A stretch of 57,877 bases of DNA, filler included, from Sphacelaria rigidula (taxonomy: Eukaryota): assembly GCA_964200075.2 (NCBI GenBank). It is 3 parts of 3 records of this genome, joined end to end, with 100 filler letters (N's around TTAATTAATTAA, not from the genome) between each part and the next. Parts side by side here need not be neighbours in the genome. Positions count along the whole stretch, not along the records: positions 19,328 to 38,553 come from CAXNAA020000707.1; 2 more parts are not named here. One strand, written 5' to 3'. Every line of letters starts with the position of its first letter. Position 1 is the stretch's first letter. The notes under the pieces were generated by a model, which worked only from the letters and a program-made list of their open reading frames with translations, was not told where the DNA came from and did no database searches. Shown here in pieces: positions 20,584-33,475 of the stretch. A program made the position numbers and the translations under genes.

Positions 20584-23521
20584 AAGATCTCCCTGACGCC
20601 GCCATGGTATCAACATTCGCTTGGTTGTGCTGCGTGGGAATTCAAATGCTCGACGGTTACACGTTGCCTCGGGTGCAGTTCTTCACTCTTGCCAGCTTCA
20701 GCTGGAAGAAGACGGTGGGAACGATTCGTAGTCTGCAGCGCACAAGCAGTACCACTATGGGTGGCATGTGGGAAAATCATCGAAATACGGCCGAGGTCTG
20801 CTGTTCGAAAGTGCTGCGTACCGTTCTGTCCTACTGTTTGTACCACTAACTAGTACGGCATCGCTGTACAGTAGTTCACCGTATCGCAATGCACTGTTGT
20901 AGGGTTCTGTATTGCACTCTGTACTGCATTGTCTGTACTCCACGCTGCAGAGCACTGCAGTGCCCTGAAGTGGATTAAAGTACTGCAGGTGCAGTGAATA
21001 AGCATAGTGTACGGTGCGTACAGTGCTGCGGTATACGGTACGACTGTGGCGGGCTATGCACTCTCGAAGTGGACGCTAGTCGATCCTACATTTGGCGGGG
21101 CAACCTGCGGCCAATCACTGCGACAACAACAACAAAAAACGGCAAGCCACATCACATCAGCTTCCGATATGAACCTTTTGAAGTTCTACAGGTTTCGGAG
21201 CTTCCGCTCTGCACTCTGACTATGATAACAACAAAAAAACTTCCGAAACTCTTCAATGACTTCTCCTTAGAATCGAAGGGATCATGTCCTCCTCTTGTGC
21301 AGTTTTGATGTGGAAGATCGACTTTTCAGTTCATGCCCCCCAAAGACGCGCTGAAGCCCCTTCTCGTGTGGACATGCCGTGCCAAATATATAAACCCGAC
21401 ATAATCCGTCCCAGCTACAGAAATACGCCTTGACCGAACCACTCGAAGAAAATTGGGCAGATATTCATACTATCTAATTAAAAAATATATGCTGTAACCT
21501 CGCCAGGTGGATTCTGTCGGATTGAGCATTCAGGCACGGCAAGTTTCTCCCCGAAGCAAGGGATGCGACGTTTCTTTATGTTGCGCCCACTGAATAGTCC
21601 ATCTTTGAGGCCAAAAGTTCACATGACTAAGCAACTTTTCTGACCTGAAGGGGATTCTCAATCTCACCTCTACCGACACATCATTCGAGGTGAAAATTGA
21701 GTGGTGCGCATTGTGGCAGTTCGATTTCTTCTTGACAACTTTCGGCCGCTGCTATGAGTGGTATTTGCTGGAAGGTTTGTGGAATTGTGTGAAAATGAAC
21801 TGGTACTGCACAAGTAGTTGCAGCAGCTATGAATGTCCCGGGTGGAATTCTCAGTTGGGAGCAATACCTTTAGCGTTCGATTACTGTGAAAAACTACAGT
21901 AAGCGTTTGCATAAAAAACGTAGATCGAGACATATCAGTACCTGATACAAACTACTACAGGTCTCGATCGTCATGGTAAACAACCGTGTGGCCTTAGTGT
22001 TTGAATCCTCATCAGCTACAACCGAAAAACCGTGCTTTCGTCCCAGAATACGGCAGGTGATACCCAAAACACAGCGTTTCATCCCGTGTTGTCCCAACAG
22101 CACAGCGTCTGGAAACATTTTTTGTGAATGGTTGTTTCATCCACCATTATCTGCACTACCGATCTAGAACTTTCGAGTGATGACAAATGGCATGCGAGAA
22201 ATTCCCGACTTTAATTAGGTGAAGGACTGGTGCGAACGTTGACCACGGCATATGGGTTTTGTGGATGCGGATCTCTCTGATGCTTAATTTTGGGCATATT
22301 GACAGGGCAACAAGAAAATTGAGAAGTACCGAGGCACTCCTGTGCTACATTTTAGTGATACGGCAAGCACCTATATCTCAACCAAAAGTTACCCAATTTG
22401 GCACACCAGCTTGTATGCACTTGATGCATGAGCAGCCCCGGTGATGACTGGCCCTACACAGAGTATACGCATCCATACAAAGGGCATTCTGAATGAAGTA
22501 TATGATCCCACACTGAATAAATTGGCCTAGAATGATCGTAGGCCTTCGGTAACGGTCCATTTCGCTCCCCGAGCCCCGAGCATCTCACGACTAAACCTTG
22601 TGAAGGGCATGGACCTTGCAAGGAAAACGGCGGTACGATTTTGGCGCCGACCTCCCGCCGGACTTGGTCCAGGCGACTTTACAAGCCTTGGAGGGCGACC
22701 TTCTCCCTCAACTCCGCATGCTGCACTACTACTCCTTGATAATGTTCGGCTACCACGCGCGGGACGGCCGCCTCCGGCGAAGCCACCTTACATCAACTAC
22801 AGTATGCCGCAGGTTTTGGCACACCCACACCTCACAAAAAGCCAGGCACGGTACCCGCAAGAACACGCAATAAATAGCGGGCGAGGGGGTTACGATCACC
22901 GTGGGGGAGCATCATTTGTATACCCCACTTTTCATGTACAGCCTGATGCGCTTGGCTCCAAATTGTCACTAACTGTTACATTCGCCCCGGAGCTCGTATA
23001 TTTTCGCAGGTGAAAAAATGACAAAAAATATTTGTGGATAGGTAAAACCAGCGTTGAGATCAGGTTGTTTGGTAGCGAATCCGTTTTGGACGGTTGATAG
23101 CTCCAAGATTATGGATGTAGCCGCTGCTGGACCTGGCACCACTGTTCGATTTCGAAGCTTCTTGCTACTCCAACATTCACTGCGGTTTTGCGACCAGTCA
23201 TCCGTGACTCATACCCATGCCACTTCTTGCTGCTTCCATTTATTCATATTATTTGCGTACGTGAGGTAAAAAACATAAAATCGTGCGTGTATATAGGGAA
23301 TTATGAGGATTTCCTACATAAAAACGCTCGTACTGTCCGTTGAATGCAGAACTGCCCGCTGCTTGATCACCTGCTAAAAATGTACCCTACAGGGCAGATG
23401 GAGGGGGATACTGTAGCTACAGCTTTTTACACACTTGTAAAGAGTATCGCATCAACTGATATTTGGCACTTGCTCCTTTGCAATAGTGGCCTTTTTCTTA
23501 GCACTACAAACAACCCTTATG
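20584..23521 (+). pseudogene. Possible decayed multi-exon gene or spliced transposon relic, identity unknown
   Basis: A series of exon-like blocks, several AG..GT-bounded, with protein-like translations and in-frame stops (e.g. 21690-21898, 22219-22440, 22622-22846) and one open block 23350-23521. Confidence 0.3.
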
Positions 23522-26500
23522 GTAAAGTGGTGTATTTTTAGTTTTACAAAAAATTACTTGTTCACACGTTAGCTTTTTACAAAAACTTGAAATGATCAAC
23601 CTTTTCACCCACGGCACTGTGGTTTAAACCCTGCTTTATTTCACCACTCTTGTACTTGCACCTTCCCCTTGACCTACATAGAGGAAACCTCCATTTTCGT
23701 TGCTCACCATTCGCTGCAAAATCGCATCGTGTCCGCCACTGAGTTCGGGAGGATGGCGGGGAAGACAACCCCCAAGTAGAATATAGCACGCCAACAAACG
23801 CGAGTCGGAAAGCACAGGCAGGGACAGCAAAAAAGAAACGGAAGTGTCTCAGCACCCAGCAGTACAGGCAAACAATACAAGGGTTCAGCATCGTCCAAGA
23901 ATAAAATACAGGTAATCGAGTACATCCATGCCAGCCGGGCGCTTAGTAGCGCCTAAATCTTCTCGCAGACAGTCAGTGCGAGTACTGTTTGTACATGTTG
24001 GGCTAGACTGGACAGTATCACAGCAGCGGTCCAAGCACAGAGAAGCTGGTCGCCACCCAGGGATGGGCACCCTACGCTAGGATCCCGCACTGTACTTGCG
24101 CATTGCAATTACTTGTCGGGTCAAAACAAATCCGTAACACTAGTGACAATTTTTGTTTTGCCCACCAGTCTTGTGTTTGCCGTTCGTCATTTGTCGGGCT
24201 TAGGCCGCTCACACCGTTGCCAATACATAGTTACGCAGGCCTATTAGTAAGTACCCTTTTCAGAAACGTTCCATGCACACGCTTCTCTACCTCGTTTCAG
24301 ACTTCTGCCGAGTTACCCGATGCTGGCATACGGAAGCGGTAAAACACGATTTTTCGACAGATACGTAGCCCACCGCTCCGCCCCTACTATTACCTTGATC
24401 TCGCGGTCAGATTGCCAGAATCGCATCTCTACTCACCATATTTTCGGGTGACGGAGGCTATCTGTCGAAATCATTACACGTGTCCGTCACCTGCCCATAT
24501 CTTCCCATTCGTGTCGTGCCTCTCGCCTTGCAGGAGAAAGACATGATACCTTGTTGAATCGTGGGCCCATCACCCTCATTGTCAGGAGCACTATCGCACT
24601 TCAACAGATTACTTTTGGAAACGAGGTCGAACCTTGAAATGAGGTTCAACTCCAAAACAGTGCTTTCCCGGGGCTGAAGACATGACAAATGAATTTCGTA
24701 TGGACGAGCTCATGCCCCCGACCTTCCTCGCACTATTTTTGGGGGTTTCTCGTTTTCTGTTCTTCCAAAGGGCATATGCGAAACCACCCTTTTGCCCCAT
24801 TTCGGGGTGGGAAAAAGGGACGTCTTTCAGGCCGAAAATGGTGAAATGGTGCTTTCACACATACCCTTTGGGGAAAGGGAAGACGGGAAATCCCTCAAAA
24901 GTTAGGGCTGTGAGCTGGCAGCTCTGGCCAGTTAAGTTTAAACTGGCCGCTGGCGCGGTCAGTACATCGATATTTTCCCAGTTAATCGGGTTTGCCGATG
25001 AACCGGATAGACATCGGCAGCGAGCGACGAAGCCGCGAGCCCCAACGCCCGCCCGCCCTGGTTCGTGAGAGGGCCTAGCAAAAGCGCCGCCGGAGGCAAA
25101 AAAGTATGCGGTGTTCGGCTTGTTTTCCCAAAAAAAATATCGATGTTGTACAAAATGTGATCCCTTACATCGGGGAGCTGAGAAGCTTTGATGACATTAA
25201 ACTCCCACCCGAAGCCGTGAGCGATTCGAAAATCATTCATCTGTGGCATGCAGCAGCAGAGCCTCTCCGTGAGGAGCAGAGGATGGGAACAGGAAGCCAG
25301 GACTGACAGCACGTGGGGATGAGAGCGCAAAAATATCCACGTCCGGGCCGACAAACACGCATGCAGCTGAATGGCATGGGGGATTTTGTATCTCGTGGTC
25401 GCGGGTTTCCGTTTGTTGCGTTTGTAATAGGTGTCGTGTTTTGAAACGACAAACCTTGGAACACATATATCCGCAATATAAATTCGAGGTGTAGCAAGCA
25501 TGTGTTGCATCTTGTGCAAAACGCTCTTCATAATGCAAGTGGCGATTGGCAATTGAGGTTTGGCGTTCGGCAGCTCCGCATCAAGCGTCCTGCCGAATAT
25601 AAGTCACGACTCATCTTTCTTTTTTCATTTTCCGCATTCGATGGACTAGCCATCGACCTACACGCTATGGCCGAAAAAGACGGAAAACTGCAGAACCACG
25701 TGGTACCAACGAAGCAGACAGGACAAAAGAAAAAAAAAAAATGAAATAGTTAGCTAGTGACTGGCCCAGGGCAAACCTGTTCTTCATGTACCATGGTACT
25801 ACCACCGAACGCCAGACCTATGCTGTACGAGTCGACTGAAATAAGGAAGACGAAGGATGAACATGTATACTGCTGCTTCACGCGCCATCGACGTGAAAAA
25901 ATTCCGTCGACGACTTCGGAGCGCCCTCTGCCTCAATTGGTACCCCATATTCCTCTACGACTGTTAAGTGCAGGCCTCAGGTGTACAGTCGAATTGTATA
26001 TAATGGGGTAAGCATCTTTGTTATAAAATCACTATACTAAAATTGGTAGAAAAATAGACGGTAACGGTATACCACAAATAAACTGGATAAACTGACGCTC
26101 TCGTCGCCAGTTTCAGCTCAACTCCAGTTCCATTTTAATCGACAGTATAAACTGGTCCACTTCACAACCCTACATAGAGTGGTTTCAAGGAGGTCGGGGG
26201 GCATGGGGCCCTCCATGTGGAAGTCATCTGTTCTGACTTCAGGTCAGGGAAAGCACTGTCATGGAATTGAACCTCATTTTGATGTTTCAGCCTCATTTTC
26301 GACAGTAATCTGTTCTCTTCGTTGTTCACTGCTTTGCCAATACGGAGAGCTACGGAGAACTATTCCATCTATGTCGAAAGGTTGCATACAGACGTCTTGA
26401 CCTCCCATAGATCTAACCAGCTGACCAGATGCATGCGCAAGACAGCGGAAACCGACGATTTCCGACGGTAAATGCAGCCCAGGATCCATATTTCCACTCC

Positions 26501-29465
26501 GAACATTTGACGAGAATGCCAACATCGTTTGTCACTACAATTTTTCGGATATACCATACCTTCGGTCAGGAGATGTTTTTTTCGAACGCTTTACATTCAC
26601 CCGTCACCTTTCCAGGCCTATATTTTCGTGCTACACTTCTCGCCTTGGGGGGATCGAACTGAGACCGCATTGTATAGTACTGTAGTACAGTCAGCACAGA
26701 CCGTACAGGAGTATCTTTATGATGCGATTTGAACTGTTCGACCGCCACCTAGGTTGTGCACGATTTCTTAGGGTGAACGCCGACCCAAATTATATTCCCC
26801 ACTAGAAACAAAACGCAAACCTGACCAGGTAAAAACACAGTTGGTATCATAGTGACAACCACGAGCAAGCGAACAATCTGACATGGACAGATTTTTCTTG
26901 CGGCTTCTGCCGTGGTGCTGGTAGTGAAGACGTTTCTCGGCCAATCAGCGGCCTTCAAATTGTTCTGAGATTTAAAATGTGAATTTTCGACTCAAATTAT
27001 ACCAAATCTCATCACGGATCAAGCCTTAGTAGCCGCCATTAACTAGGGAAGCTCACGCAAAGAAGATGTTTGAAAATGGTTTGTATGGAATCGAGTTAAA
27101 CCCCGAAACGCGGTATTCCAGTGATATGGGGTTTTGAGGTCGTCGGATTTCCACTGATGATATGCATCAAAGACCCAAACAGCCCCTTGACGTTTTTCTG
27201 TGTAACTTTCGTAAACAAGCTCTGATCATCCTCAAACTAGGCAGTTGGGTAAAGATGGGTACTCCGAATGAAAAAAAACGTTGAGGGATACTTCCAACTT
27301 GATTCGTTCTCTACCAACTTCCGAGAGTCCCAGCGTGAAGACCCCCAGAAGCCGGTACAGATTGAGTCAAAAAGACGATTTTGACTCGTCCGGAAGTAGT
27401 CCGAGGAACTTTTTTACAAATTTCCGTTGCGTGACGTGGAAAGTTGATCCCAAACGGCCGATTTAAGCTCAAGCGCACAAGGAAAAAAGTCGGTAGCATA
27501 CTACAGTCAATTAATCAGGGGTATTCTGCGTACATTTGTATACTGCAATGCACATGCGGGCGACTGTTCACTCTGTTTCGAGGCAGACCCTGAATTGTGC
27601 ACACGTGAGCTCTAAAATATTTCACACCCTGGACAATATATAATCAATACATGCAAAACACGAGAAGTGTGCCGGGCAAAGTATAAACCTATTGCAGCTA
27701 TTGTTGGCCATCAATAGCTGCGATGGGCCAATACTTTACCCAGTACATATTGTGCCTATTGCATCTATTGACCATTTAGTGTCCGGGAAGTGAAAATTTT
27801 AGAAAGGTAGCATGAATGGGGTCTCTCGATTTCATCATTTTTCGCCAGATATCCGGGGTCCCAGGAGGCGGTGTCCTCGAAAAAACGGCGTGAACAATCG
27901 CTGGCTAGGGAATGAATTCCGGTCCTTCATCCTAAATCAGCCCGTGAAGCCTTTTCGATCGAGAACATGTGGACGAAAGGTACGAAGGGGTACTTGACTC
28001 CTATCTTGCAGACCACCCCCGCAGATACCACCCGTTTACAGAATCATGCAAATCCCACACAACGCATTCTCAGCAGAGAGACAAACACATTGCAGTGCTT
28101 CGGCATGATACGTTAACATTTCGTTGGCGAAAACTTGAGCGTCTCCCTTTATGGCGACGGAGTTGCGGGGTGGAGTCGGCGACCGACTTGCGTACACGCC
28201 CACGGACAATGCAGGCAGTACAAAAGTGCGTTGTTCAAGTCCTTTTCACCTCGCACTGTATGCGGAGAGTACAGATAGGCCTGTGCTGTCTACACTGCAC
28301 GTTGCCCCTTTCTCCTCAACACCCTAACGTAAGAGACACACACAAACATCGTATGCAGACGGAAAGCCTGCAAATTCGCTTGAATCCAGCTCGCGATAGA
28401 TGAACGAATTCACCCAAATCAACCCCACTGCTCTTCTTTGTCGACCGAGAAAAAATATGCGAATATCGTGTCTCGACACATCACTTTTCGATCGAAAACG
28501 TGCGGTGGAAAACAAGAATTCCGATCTGATAGGTCGTGATTTCAACTATCTTTAATAAACATAGCGATAGTTTCTACGAACGGGCCCAACCTATACACGG
28601 CACTTAGCTCTCAAGGCAATATCTCATCGACATAGACGAGGCGGGCCGTGATCCGCACATCGTATTTATCGTCTTATCAATAGGAAGATACCCATGTGCT
28701 CAAAAGTCTGAGCCAATTTTTTCTCGTTGATGAAACGGTGTGTCTAGTAATCCCTATACCGTATAGACAAGGTCCACACTAAAGTCTATATGAAACCCCG
28801 AGAGATATATACAGCGGACAACGCCGATTTTTGGTGTGGATATTCTCTGGAGCACGGGGAAATAATTGATGCCTTCACCTTCACCCAATTCGTTACCCAT
28901 CTCGAGATATGGCGAACATAGGATTCCCTACCAAAATCAATCATTTACGGGCAAATGCACTACTTGCACCAAATCTGGGCTTCGCGTATCAGTTTTTGAG
29001 AGTTGTGCTTTGTAATTTGATGTTGAGAACCACTAGGGAACAATAGAAAAAAGTGTTGAGCTTTTTCTCATTCATTTTCTTCTTATTTTTTTTGTTTTTG
29101 AGGGGCGTTTTAAGAAAAAGTGGATATTGTTCTGGCCCCATATCTCAGCTTTTCAGGCTTATTAAAACTGTGATTCGAAACTTTTCATGGAGAATCGCAA
29201 AGGCACACTGAAAAAATAAATGGGCCGTTATTTGTTCTCGAGGGAAGGTAAAGGTGTTCTCGTGAAAATGGTCTTGACAATACTAAAACGTGCTAAAATA
29301 AATTAGTGAGAAAAAAATAAAAATCAACGTCTCCTACTTTTTTGGTTCATTATGCCCTTGCGAGGTCCCACACACAAAATTTCAAAGCACTACTACCAAA
29401 TCTGGGACGGGAGGTGACCTGCAAAATACTGTTCCGAATTTCAACCGGCTCGGTTTCTTATCCGC

Positions 29466-29639
29466 CTCGCCTCACCTCAATTTCGAGAGTTGGAGTTTCA
29501 AACATGGTGAGGAATATAACTAGGGCACAATAAATAATCTCTGGACGTCATTTTTTTTTTCTTCATGAGTTGAAGACAATAATTGATTCTCCGTACCAAA
29601 CTTCAAAGTCCAACTCTCGAAATTGAGGTGAGGCGGGGC
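29466..29639. mobile_element. Short hairpin/MITE-like element
   Basis: GCCTCACCTCAATTTCGAGAGTTGGA / TCCAACTCTCGAAATTGAGGTGAGGC form a perfect 26-bp inverted pair. Confidence 0.7.
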
Positions 29640-29709
29640 CTCAAACTACTGACTCGCGTGTAGTCTGGACCAGCTCGTATCAAATCGATATTTTCCATCC
29701 CCAACTGAA

Positions 29710-30087
29710 CCGGTCGACTTGGTGGCTCAGTTGGTAACGTCGAAACCTTCTGACGGTTGGGTGGTGGGTTCGAATCTCGGTGAAGTCACACGATCCAGAA
29801 TTTTTTCTCAAACCATGGCCAACAATGGAGAGCGACCACGTTGTGGGTACACAAAACAATCAACTTCACGGTCGACGAGGAAAAGGGACTGCTGAACCCC
29901 TCTCGTGATAGAAAAATAAGGCAAGCACCGCAGACGGAAGGTGGGATATTAAAACAGCAAATAAAAACTCCTGTGTTGGCTTTCCTGCTGTGTGACCCCG
30001 GCTGATGCGCCCACAAATACCGAAAGGCAGACTGGCGTTCAGAATAGAGGGGATAGATGGGATAACAACACAACACAACACCCACAC
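29710..30087 (+). mobile_element. tRNA-derived SINE, apparently full length
   Basis: A box GGTGGCTCAGTTGG, B box GGTTCGAATCT, a body shared with 481-650, and an (AACAC)n-like 3' tail. Confidence 0.72.
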
Positions 30088-31783
30088 ATTTTCGATGGAA
30101 AATGGTGTGTGGCACGCCCGAAGATACGCCCTAATAATCAAACTTTGACCTTAGCATCTTCGATTGAGAGCGATTAGTTCTTTTCTTTTGGTTACCACGA
30201 CTTACCACGGCTTTCGTTTGATCTCAAACATTGCGAATCGAGCGAAATAAGTCCCCAACGCAAGTCTCGAGAAAAACAGTATTATCTACCATCAATTTTG
30301 AACGAGATGCGGGCTCCACGGTCTTTGCGGGTCCCACGAATGTACAGCCCCGGCTCTCGCTTTTCGATATTCTCGCTCTGCCGAACCGATTCCGATAGTT
30401 ATACGTAATGAAAAAATATATGGCTCTTTGTTTTCTACTTCTCGGTACTCATTGCGCTACAGCCGAAAAGTCGTGTTCTTGGGGCATCTTCGGTCAATAA
30501 CACCCTCTCGATAAACGGGGTTTTACTCCCTATCGTTCCGACAACACAAAGTTGGTGAACGTGCCCTGAGCACAACCTGCTTTTTTGCCCAACCCCTACG
30601 ACCGTACCGTACCGACCTTCAGACTTTCGAATGATGGTGACGATTCATCTGTGAAAGAATCCCGACTGAGTGAACACCATATTTGAATATCGGCGAACAC
30701 CTGGAGTAGATGGGAAGTGAAGAGCAGCTAAAACAAAACAAAAGCAGTGTTAGCCAGACCCCGCGTCCCCCGGGACCCTCACTAGCGCCTGGACTGGAGT
30801 GCTGCGCTGTACTACACTGAATTACCAACAAGCTCTTCACTCACTTGTAGAAGCGCTCTTGGCCGAAGCCTCGTCCTCGTGCTGTACCGCTGATACTGAG
30901 TACAAGTTGTGTCAGCTGTGTGCAAGAGTCGCACCCCCCAACTAAACTGATGCGATGTTATGCCGCGACGACCAAATATAAAACCGCTCCCACTAATCAG
31001 CGAGAATAGTAATATCGTGGCGAATGCAAGTGTATGCTGAGAGGGTACTGCGCTACGGGCACTTTCCTCCACCTTGGGACACAAGCGGCTAGTGCACCCG
31101 CGAGCTGGACTGTCAACCGTACCACATACCCCCCTGACGGGACTGTCCGATAATATCGCACACGCCTACTCCATGGATATGTCCCCAATCCCCGCATGCA
31201 GGTGCGTGTTTTGAAAACGCTCCGCCGAAAATCCTGTGCACCGCACGGTTAGACCAGAGACAAACAAGGCCGTGGAAATTGACAGGAAAGCAACACAGCA
31301 AGAAGATGTCCGGAATGTTCAGGGGCATGTCCACTGCGCGAATCGTGGTGTTGGGATGCGCGTAAGTCCGTCCATACTTACATGTTGTCCTATCTTGCAT
31401 ATGCGTCAACCCTTTCCAGAAATCGAGAAGAACAAGTAGTTTCACCCGTAGACCTCGGTGCGGTAGTCGATTTGGATCACGCATACTTTTTTCAAGTAAA
31501 AATAATGCCGATTCAGCAGGTAACCTACCCTCGCGCTGTAAGGGTAAGATCTTGGGCACATCCCGCTCGTACGTTTTGTGTCCATGTCCTGAACTGTATC
31601 GGATGATGTAAGGCGTTTCGTGTGCGTGACATGTGAGTTGTCCGCGCCCACAGGTCGTGGGTGGCAATTGGGCTCGACAAATGAAAGCGCGGTCGATGCG
31701 CAGATAAGGGGTGAAGACTTGGCGCTACATCCTTTGTTTCGTCATTCAACTGTTCCATTAATAATAGAGCCAGCGGATATTTT

Positions 31784-32058
31784 CAGGGTCGGACGAATCA
31801 TAGCTGGTTTCAATGTTCCAATCACCAAATCTATGATTTCTGAGACCTCAGTGCTCGGGAGAGAGAAACAGCGTCGACCGTGGGTCAAAAACGTCTCTAC
31901 CCGAATTTGTGCCACTCTGCGTGCCTGGTGTGCGCGTACCTGGGGTGCAATGCTGAGAACAAAGCCCAAGGATTGATTCGTGTGTTACCAAGTATCGACA
32001 CTAGAAAAATTATTTTTCAGACGAGCTGTCAGACGAATTGTGATTCGTCCGCGCCATG
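31784..32058 (+). mobile_element. MITE family B, copy 1
   Basis: TIRs CAGGGTCGGACGAATCA / TGATTCGTCCG; the body (CTGAGAACAAAGCC..GGATTGATTCGT) is shared with 35518-35775. Confidence 0.6.
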
Positions 32059-32309
32059 AATCATTTGATTTCATTTTGTATCCACGTGCTGCACTATTGT
32101 AGATGGGTGATGTAAGGCTCATGTGCGTGGGATGTAAGACACCAACGCCCACAGGTCGTGGATGGCACTGGGCTGCAGTGGTGGGGCTGCGCTGTTTCGT
32201 TATTTGACCGTTCCCTTTATTATAGAGCCAGCGCGCGGAAGGCCAGCGATCAAGTTGCAGCCGTTCAGATTGTGTGCTGAACCCTCGGTGCTACTGACTT
32301 GTTATTCGT

Positions 32310-32395
32310 GCTTGTGTTTGTTTTTGTCGTTGTTTTTGTCGTTGTTTTTGTTGTTATTGCTGTTGTTTGTTGTTGTTGTTTGCTGCTGCTGCTGC

Positions 32396-32441
<46 letters not shown>

Positions 32442-32460
32442 GTTGTTTTTTGTTGTTATC
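32310..32460. repeat. Compound (GTT)/(GCT)/(GGT) microsatellite
   Basis: Direct reading. Confidence 0.9.
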
Positions 32461-33359
32461 GCTGCCCCCTTTCTTTCCTTCCTGAGGCCGTTGCTTCTGT
32501 CGTTTTCAGTCCCTTTCTTTATTTTTTATTTTTTATTATTCTGTTTTATTTTTGCTGCTCCTGACCACGGGCTGGATTGTTGCAATCAGCTAATAATGTG
32601 AGATAATCAATCAACCAATCAATTGTTCTACCTTCACATATTGCGTTGCCAGTGCTGAATGTCTTTTCATATTTGTACGCCTGTATGATAGCTTGGAGCA
32701 CTCACAAGGGGCGACGGGTGTAGACATTTACTGATTAGGAATCGATGGGGTTGTTGCTGTCGTGTTCGAAGTTAGTAGTAGTTACACAAATATACGGTAA
32801 TACGGCTAGTAATGTGATCACCATTTCCATTGACCCGACCCGCATGTTAATGACCCGGGCTTGTCATCCATGACCTGTCAACCCCCGGCTGTTATCCTCC
32901 ATTCCCCAGTCCGCTATGCCGTCAAAGTCACAACAAATAAATAACGCCCAGTGCACGTTTGAGCTACGTATTATTACTATCACGTAGTTAACGAATAATG
33001 TGATATCCTTTTGAAATGCTTTATGTTTTGAGTGGATTATTAGTAAGCTTACGCTGCTTGTCAGGTTTTCCCCCAGAGGCTAGAATCCCTGACCGTTTAG
33101 CTTCATTGGAGGAGCAGGGTGACACCGCTGTTGTAGCTGGGGGGTGCTGTGATTACCCGGGGGATGTAAACCCGAATCCGGTCAACCCCGGGACTGTCAT
33201 CCTCCATTTTCCATTTTGGGCTGTGGCCGTGCTCTTCACTCTGGTCGTCGACACCCAAAAACTCGCCGCCCGTCACCTCATCTACGTATACGGGGTGAAA
33301 TGCTACAACCTACACTGTCCTGAGTTAGATAGACCGTACTCGTAGTTCACCAATCCTGT

Positions 33360-33475
33360 TCATAGTAGTAGGAACGGTCGTAGTAGTAGTAGTATCAGCA
33401 GCAGCAGCAGCAGTAGCAGCATCACTAGCAGTCGTAGCAGTAGCAGCAGTGGTCGTGGTAGTAATGGAAAGTAGT
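33360..33475. repeat. Compound (AGT)/(AGC) microsatellite
   Basis: Direct reading. Confidence 0.8.

Noticed and set aside
29710-29790. Functional tRNA gene (also 570-650)
   Set aside because: A and B boxes are present, but there is no convincing acceptor stem or downstream poly-T terminator, and homology continues into a shared body, as in a SINE.
32162-32601. Poly-Cys/Leu/Val ORFs
   Set aside because: Translations of a trinucleotide microsatellite.
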